Assembly (NCBI GenBank): GCA_947629745.1
Contig: CANREZ010000001.1
Location: forward strand, 15,300-79,299
Direction: 5' to 3'
DNA: 64,000 bases
Source of the DNA: an uncultured Clostridia bacterium
GTDB lineage: Bacteria > Bacillota > Clostridia > Christensenellales > UBA1242
In this document: piece by piece, positions 58,696 to 64,000 of the stretch
Numbering within the stretch: the stretch's first letter is position 1
How the letters are laid out: the number at the start of each line of letters is the position of its first letter
Program-made: the position numbers and the translations under genes
The notes under the pieces: generated by a model
What the model was told of the DNA's origin: nothing
What the model saw: only the letters and a program-made list of their open reading frames with translations
The model's database searches: none

Positions 58696-60750
58696 ATGAA
58701 GAAGAAATGGTATACATTAATAGTAGCAATGGTGGCATTTTTGCTGCCAATTTTTACTTTGGTTGCATGTGGAGACAAACCTAATACTCCACCAAAAGAC
58801 CCAAGTGGTGACCCACCACCAGTCACGAGCACAAGTTTTCACAACATATATAGTGATAAGAAATCTATATTAGAGCAATTCTATGGCAATGAGACGAACA
58901 CTATACTTGCAGCAAATGCTCTAGGTGAAGATGGTGAGCCAAGTAATGACTCTACAGAGGAGGAAAACACCCCAAGTGAGGAGACATCATCAAATCCTGA
59001 GGAGAATAATCCAAGTGAAGAGAATCCGACTAATCCTGAGGAAAATACTGAGGAGGGTGAGGAGAATCCCGATGGCAATCCTGAGACTGACCCAAACGAG
59101 GGTGACGACGGGAATGACACACTCGATGACCTAGAACAACCTGAGGATGATTACTCCGAACCGGGTATCACTTTCTCATATTACTGCCACGAAGATGCAA
59201 ATGAAGTACTTAGCAAATATCTAATCAATCCTGACAACGTCTACTCCTGCATCACCTACAATGATGAACTAGTGTGTGTGGAATTTTACAATGACATATC
59301 CATGCAGGAATTAGTGGCTCTTAGGAAAAACCTCGAGGAATGTTATCAATTCTACAACGCAAGGAAAGACCATGGTGAAAATTTCGCTAATTACACAGAG
59401 GACTATTTCCGCCCAGGGTTATTCTACTATATTAATCACCTAGCCTTCATCAACGAAGTGCCAATCAGTGCAATACTTGGTGATGAAATAGAAAAAGACG
59501 GCCCATGCTATATCGCTAAGAAATCTCACACCCTTTTGAAATTCGTAGACGATAGATACGTCCCAGAAGATTTTGACTGGACGAATGACGAATTAAGACA
59601 CGAGACATTTGGAGGCTCTTACACCCTCCCTGAGGGAATAGAAACCATTGCCTCACAAGCCCTTGTATGTGGTGACTTTTATTATGAAAAATTGATACTC
59701 CCAAGCACAGTTAGAGTGATTGAAGATCATGCTCTATATGTGCCAGATATAGAGTTAAACGATGGACTGGAATTCATCGGCGACTATGGGATAGAGGGCC
59801 TGTCTCATACACCTCAGATCCCATCCAGTGTCACATATATTGGCGCATACGGAATATTTAATCGCGCTGAATTTTATGGGATAAATCAAGACTCATTCTA
59901 TATCGTGGATAATTGGATCTTATATAGTAAATTTGCATTAACTCCAAAGGCTTTACACATACCAGAAGGAATAGTAGGAATTGCTAAATTAAGTTTATTA
60001 AATTCCCCTACAAAATATTATATCCCAGAGAGCGTAGAATACATTTGTTACAATTTCGCAACTGGCACTGGACACATAGGATTATTCTTCGAAGCAGATA
60101 GCATGAAGGATGGTTGGACTGACGAATTGTTCGTTACTTCTTCCTTTAGAGATAATACGCGTAGATTGCATATATATTATAATTACACTGAGGCCGACGA
60201 AGAAGACTTCGAAAATGCATTAAATCGTGGTGGCAGGACTATTTGTGATGAGATGGATGAATACTACTGTTACGGACCAGAACACAACACTGACACACTA
60301 TATATCGATGCTGATGTAGAATTTATCGCCCAAGGTCTCTATTACACCGAAGTGGAGCAGATAATCGTTGACCCAGACAATCCATATTATTGCAGTGTGG
60401 ATGGCGTGATGTATTCCAAGGATATGAAGACTCTAATCTGCGTGCCATCTGCTCGCAAAAAGCCATACTCTATCCCTGAGACTGTGACAGGAATTTACAA
60501 CTTAGCACTAAATAACTTCTACGTTCATCAGAAATACATCTTCATTCCAAAAGAAGTGGTATCCTTTGGTTGGGGAATATTCTATTTCTGGGATACAACT
60601 TGCACAGTGTATTTTGAGACAAAAACTGTGAGCCCAAGTATATTGTTTAATGATATTGCATGGTCATGCTCCACAAATATGGAATTTGGCGTGACATATG
60701 AGGAATATTTGGAGGCAATCAACACTAAATACAATGCACAAATTGCATAG
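58696..60750 (+). CDS. Surface lipoprotein with an acidic Pro/Glu/Asn linker and BspA-type leucine-rich repeats
   Basis: It has a lipobox (LVACGD). LRR_5-like repeats recur: IPSSVTYIGAYGIF, IPEGIVGIAKLSL, IPESVEYICYNF and IPETVTGIYNLAL. Confidence 0.75.
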   Translation: MKKKWYTLIVAMVAFLLPIFTLVACGDKPNTPPKDPSGDPPPVTSTSFHNIYSDKKSILEQFYGNETNTILAANALGEDGEPSNDSTEEENTPSEETSSNPEENNPSEENPTNPEENTEEGEENPDGNPETDPNEGDDGNDTLDDLEQPEDDYSEPGITFSYYCHEDANEVLSKYLINPDNVYSCITYNDELVCVEFYNDISMQELVALRKNLEECYQFYNARKDHGENFANYTEDYFRPGLFYYINHLAFINEVPISAILGDEIEKDGPCYIAKKSHTLLKFVDDRYVPEDFDWTNDELRHETFGGSYTLPEGIETIASQALVCGDFYYEKLILPSTVRVIEDHALYVPDIELNDGLEFIGDYGIEGLSHTPQIPSSVTYIGAYGIFNRAEFYGINQDSFYIVDNWILYSKFALTPKALHIPEGIVGIAKLSLLNSPTKYYIPESVEYICYNFATGTGHIGLFFEADSMKDGWTDELFVTSSFRDNTRRLHIYYNYTEADEEDFENALNRGGRTICDEMDEYYCYGPEHNTDTLYIDADVEFIAQGLYYTEVEQIIVDPDNPYYCSVDGVMYSKDMKTLICVPSARKKPYSIPETVTGIYNLALNNFYVHQKYIFIPKEVVSFGWGIFYFWDTTCTVYFETKTVSPSILFNDIAWSCSTNMEFGVTYEEYLEAINTKYNAQIA

Positions 60751-60883
60751 ATTAGCTTATAGATTTAGTACAAAACAATCGAGAGTTATATGAGTTTCAG
60801 CGCACAAAATGTGTAAATTGTATTATAGTTTAATGCCTCAATATTTTGTGCAAAAAAACACGTGACTATAATTAAGATAAAAA

Positions 60884-60909
60884 ATGAGTACTTCCTGGTA
60901 CTCATTTTT
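60884..60909 (+). terminator. Intrinsic terminator after the LRR gene
   Basis: An ATGAGTAC...GTACTCAT stem is followed by TTTT. Confidence 0.65.
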
Positions 60910-61072
60910 ATGTAATATTTAGCAAATATTTTGAAACTTTTAATCTTATGTTATATGTAATTATCTACTATATCCTAATACTATTGCTGCCTATATTCTA
61001 ATATGCAAGAAATGAGTAGTGGCAAATTGTATATTAGTCAAATAAGATTTCTTTATCAATTACGTGATAAGA

Positions 61073-61618
61073 CTAATCGCGTGAAGTTTCTTTCTTTTGA
61101 TCAGCGAGATATTCCTCTAGCATAGCTTCCATTGCCTCTTTGAACTTGCCATATGGCTCAATCAAGTGGAGCTCTTGACAAATCATCTCAACAATTAGCT
61201 CTTCCTTGTCAGATGCCTCAGCTGCAATATTTTCTAGCTTTGTCAATCTCCTAGATGCCTTTCGATAACGATTTGCAAGCATGGATAGAATAGCCTTGTT
61301 GCAATGTCCACGTTCCCTTGCGTGCTCTATATATTTATACATATGACTACGAGCAGAAATTAGCGGCCAATATTGCTTGAAGTATTTATCACAAGCCTTC
61401 TCTATCTCCTCTGTATGCTCTAGTGGTGCTAGCCCCAGACCTGCAAAATATCTATTGATTATACCCACTGCCTGATAACCACGCCTTATCGCATTGTACA
61501 TTGATTCATGCAACTCATAGTCTGGCAAATCATCTGTACAAAGCGTAATATCTGACTCGAGTTTTATCTTCTTCTCCTCTTCAATTTCCTTTATGATCTC
61601 TTCACTTTTGTTTCTCAT
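61073..61618 (-). CDS. Hypothetical helical protein
   Basis: Clean 181-aa ORF. I recognise no family. Confidence 0.5.
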   Translation of the reverse strand: MRNKSEEIIKEIEEEKKIKLESDITLCTDDLPDYELHESMYNAIRRGYQAVGIINRYFAGLGLAPLEHTEEIEKACDKYFKQYWPLISARSHMYKYIEHARERGHCNKAILSMLANRYRKASRRLTKLENIAAEASDKEELIVEMICQELHLIEPYGKFKEAMEAMLEEYLADQKKETSRD

Positions 61619-61724
61619 ATTTTCCCCTCATCCTTATTGTATAACAAATAAATTTTTTGTCAAGATGTAATTTTTCGGGATAGGTGTAACTGCTTTTGTA
61701 AACCGAGCAAACATAAAAGTATTA

Positions 61725-62220
61725 AGTGGGTCATGAGCGTGAACCTAAGTAGGTCCGTAAGCCGGCTCAATGTGGCACGCCACTTTCCCAGTTATAATTA
61801 ATATATCTTGTATTAATAATTTATTTTTATCTTTTATGTTAATATTTCTTAATTCTAATATTTCATATTTATATCACTTTTTTAGTGGGTCATAAGCATG
61901 AACCTAAGTAGGTCCGTAAGCCGGCTCAATCCCCTCAGTCGGTGATAAACATCGCCAGCTCCCCCTACTACGGGGCGCCTCTAAGCGGTTGAATATAAAT
62001 AAAAATTAGGTCAAAAGAACTAATCAAAAAATATTGTAATTAGTAATGACTAAAAGAGTTTCAATTTAACTTTTATATATTTTATGTGGATATAACTTTT
62101 ATCTCTAAATAATAACCTCATTTAGGCGCCCCGTAGTAGGGGGAGCTGATTGCGTATGCAATCTGAGGGGATTGAGCGTGCCTTTTTACTATCTTATGTT
62201 CCAACTCCTCTACCCTCTAA
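61725..62220 (+). repeat. Composite element (copy G) preceded by a truncated arm fused to the GTGGCACGCCAC module
   Basis: The parts are: a truncated arm at 61725-61771; GTGGCACGCCAC-TTTCCCAG-TTATAAT at 61772-61798; an AT-rich module; an arm at 61884-61979 as reverse complement; a core; and an arm at 62121-62220. Confidence 0.85.
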
Positions 62221-62265
62221 ATATATGCAATCCTCTTACTTTTTACTATTCACTTCTACCTCATT

Positions 62266-62365
62266 AAAGGCCGCCCTTAGTAAGGGGGGCTGGCAACTTT
62301 CGTTGCCTGAGGGGATTGAGCCGGCTTTTTCTCTCTTGCTACCAACTCATGTACTCTCTATCTAT
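62266..62365 (+). repeat. Solo arm (tandem, same orientation as the 62121 arm)
   Basis: The sequence reads AAAGGCCGCCCTTAGTAAGGGGGGCTG-GCAACTTTCGTTGC-CTGAGGGGATTGAGCCGGC followed by a tail. Confidence 0.85.
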
Positions 62366-62424
62366 ATAGGTTAGCTAAACAAAAATAATAAAAATATAAT
62401 AATTAGTTAAATTAAAATAATCTA

Positions 62425-62505
62425 CCCCAGAAAAGTGGCGTGCCACCTGAGGGGATTGAGCGGGCATACATTCCCATCTTATATTCCAACTATATTCCCA
62501 CCACA
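62425..62505 (+). repeat. Variant arm: the left half is replaced by CCCCAGAAAA-GTGGCGTGCCAC
   Basis: The sequence reads CCCCAGAAAAGTGGCGTGCCAC-CTGAGGGGATTGAGCGGGC followed by a CCAACT-containing tail. Confidence 0.8.
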
Positions 62506-62535
62506 TAGTTACATAAGTACACATAATTTACATTT

Positions 62536-62595
62536 AGGAAAGTGGCGTGCCACATTGAGCGGGCTTTTTTTCCATCTGGCTACTAACTTTATTCC
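62536..62595 (+). repeat. Variant arm: AGGAAA-GTGGCGTGCCAC-ATTGAGCGGGC
   Basis: The same junction (CTCAAT|GTGGCACGCCAC) is seen in reverse complement at 61766-61783. Confidence 0.75.
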
Positions 62596-62652
62596 TTTTA
62601 AAAATAATATCATCACATTATATTATTAACCCAGAAAAGTGACATGCTACAC

Positions 62653-62678
62653 AAAAAAGACCCACCTAATGGTGAGTC
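62653..62678 (-). terminator. Intrinsic terminator after the 62783..63271 gene
   Basis: On the minus strand, a GACTCACC-ATTA-GGTGGGTC stem is followed by TTTTTT. Confidence 0.6.
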
Positions 62679-62782
62679 CTTTAACTACTGCTTATACATC
62701 TAATACTAAGATAAACTTTTTCTATCCTATATCAAGATACAACTATATCCTATCAGTGCATCAAATATCAAGATACAGTACT

Positions 62783-63271
62783 CTATTTCCTTGACACATC
62801 TAGGTTATCTAGAGCATCAGTTCCTGTATATGTACCGCCAAATGGCATAGATTGAGCGATTGATGCAAGAGTTGGATTGGCGTTTGCCTTCTCCTCAATA
62901 GCATACAGGCTCATCATAAGACTAGTAAACTTCGAATCAACAGATGCGCCTCTAGCGCCCAGCTTGATAGGAAGATACTGCCCTGCATTCTCAGCCTCGA
63001 CTAATACTTCCCTATATTTGCCGATAGCCTCATCCATTGGCTCTACATTGTCCTCAAAATTCTTAATAAGTTTGTAAAACTCTCTCGCAAATGTGAGATT
63101 CTCTAACTTATCTAGATATTCAGGACTCTCACAAATGCTATCCATACTATCCTTGTACACTCTCACTCTATCCTTCATATGCTTCACAATAGCACAAAGC
63201 CCATCAAGATTCTTGTACATAGTCCAAAATTTTTGGTCTAATTCTCTTGCTTCACACTCTTTCGTATCCAT
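62783..63271 (-). CDS. Hypothetical protein
   Basis: The start is set at the ATG at 63271 (MDTKECEA), which lies 6 nt after AGGAGTG. The ORF track extends to 63304. A TATAAT lies at 63298-63293 on the minus strand. Confidence 0.5.
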   Translation of the reverse strand: MDTKECEARELDQKFWTMYKNLDGLCAIVKHMKDRVRVYKDSMDSICESPEYLDKLENLTFAREFYKLIKNFEDNVEPMDEAIGKYREVLVEAENAGQYLPIKLGARGASVDSKFTSLMMSLYAIEEKANANPTLASIAQSMPFGGTYTGTDALDNLDVSRK

Positions 63272-63399
63272 AAAATTCACTCCTATAGTAGTATTATAAA
63301 ACAAAATAAAATATTGTCAAGACCCAAATTAAAAAAGTCTAGTCACATAGCTGCATATTATACACGGTGCGAATTCTGGACAATTTGTGCCAAACCCTC

Positions 63400-63618
63400 G
63401 GTGGATAACTATAAGATTTCCACAAATATTTGGGCACTTCTCATAAATTATAGAACACTTTTGGAACAACAATTGTGGACAACTGTGCCAAAAATTGTGG
63501 ATAAGTGGATAACTTTTGAGGATAAGGGGTCAAAATATTCATTTTTATGCAAAAAAATACACTTTGTGCATTTTATTCACAGAAATTTATAATTCATGCA
63601 TTGTGGATAAGTGGATAA
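63400..63618. promoter_or_regulatory. DnaA-box cluster (candidate oriC segment or DnaA-titration/regulatory cluster)
   Basis: Boxes complementary to TTATCCACA are as follows. Perfect TGTGGATAA occurs at 63496-63504 and 63602-63610. Each abuts a 1-mismatch AGTGGATAA (63504-63512 and 63610-63618). Other 1-mismatch boxes are at 63400-63408, 63474-63482 and 63517-63525, plus 63573-63581 in the opposite orientation. AT-rich DNA flanks the cluster. Confidence 0.65.
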
Positions 63619-63937
63619 TTTATATTTATGCATCCATGCATAAATACTTTATGAATAAAAATAAAGAATCCCGCACCGAATTTGTGCAGGATTCTCCTCC
63701 TAAATACAGGAGTTATTCAAAACAATCACTTAGATTGGGAACGGGAGAGTGTATAAAATGTATAAAAATTTATACACCTTATACACTTCATGCTATGAAT
63801 AAAATAAATTTTTGGTGCAATGTATACCAAAATTCATATTTGTGCCCCAAATTGTTTTTACTAAATTCCCCCGCCTGTGCTAATATATTAATAAAGTATT
63901 ACTAATTATATAGTATCTAATTAATATCGAGGTCCTA

Positions 63938-64000
63938 TGAAGAAGAATATTAGTCGAGTGGTGGTCATCACCGGCTCTACCAGCGGCATCGGCAAGACTA
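63938..64000 (+). CDS. SDR-family oxidoreductase, N-terminal fragment (runs off the window)
   Basis: It reads ATG AAG AAG AAT ATT ... and translates to MKKNISRVVVITGSTSGIGKT, which contains the TGxxxGIG cofactor motif. Confidence 0.7.

Noticed and set aside
50644-62652. I considered whether the repeats form a CRISPR array.
   Set aside because: The units occur in both orientations, are irregularly spaced and are about 100 nt long with internal hairpins. There are no unique spacers of uniform length and no cas genes in the window.
63314-63905. Two overlapping plus-strand ORFs (63314..63592 and 63516..63905) cross the DnaA-box region.
   Set aside because: They are AT-rich and low-complexity, have no RBS, and are interrupted by the repeated DnaA-box 19-mers. 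The region is better explained as regulatory or origin DNA.
1-64000. I considered whether the organism uses genetic code 4 (TGA = Trp), given its Mollicutes-like AT-richness.
   Set aside because: Conserved genes have full family-typical lengths under code 11. TGA also terminates genes cleanly, for example dinB at 53602-53604.

Overview
This is a chromosomal segment from a low-GC, Bacillota-like bacterium. It uses the standard code, since TGA acts as a stop (for example at the dinB end, 53602-53604). I support about 53 protein genes and 3 tRNAs; I found no rRNA, CRISPR array, integrase or transposase. The left end carries the conserved rpoB-rpoC ... rpsL-rpsG-fusA-tuf block on the minus strand. 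The rest is mostly housekeeping (recD2, trpS, ftsH, xfp phosphoketolase, deoD, dinB, queH, cdd), envelope or surface genes (transglutaminase lipoprotein, VanW, BspA-type LRR lipoprotein, glycosyltransferases, MacB-like ABC), an Lsa-like ABC-F gene, and many unrecognisable ORFs. The most unusual content is non-coding. (1) A multi-copy structured repeat family has a ~100-nt unit with the conserved core GGGGAGCTG-[variable hairpin]-CTGAGGGGATTGAGC. It has at least 14 copies, three ~470-nt composite elements made of inverted arm pairs plus a conserved AT-rich module, and a ~0.9-kb ORF-free pile-up at 61.7-62.65 kb. (2) An 11-nt poly-G/C tract lies inside the -35/-10 spacer of a promoter. (3) A DnaA-box cluster at 63.4-63.6 kb has no dnaA beside it in the window. 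(4) A textbook leader-peptide, antiterminator and terminator attenuator precedes the ABC-F gene. (5) Duplicated hairpin units follow tRNA-Gly. Protein calls rest on motif recognition by eye; no database search was possible.
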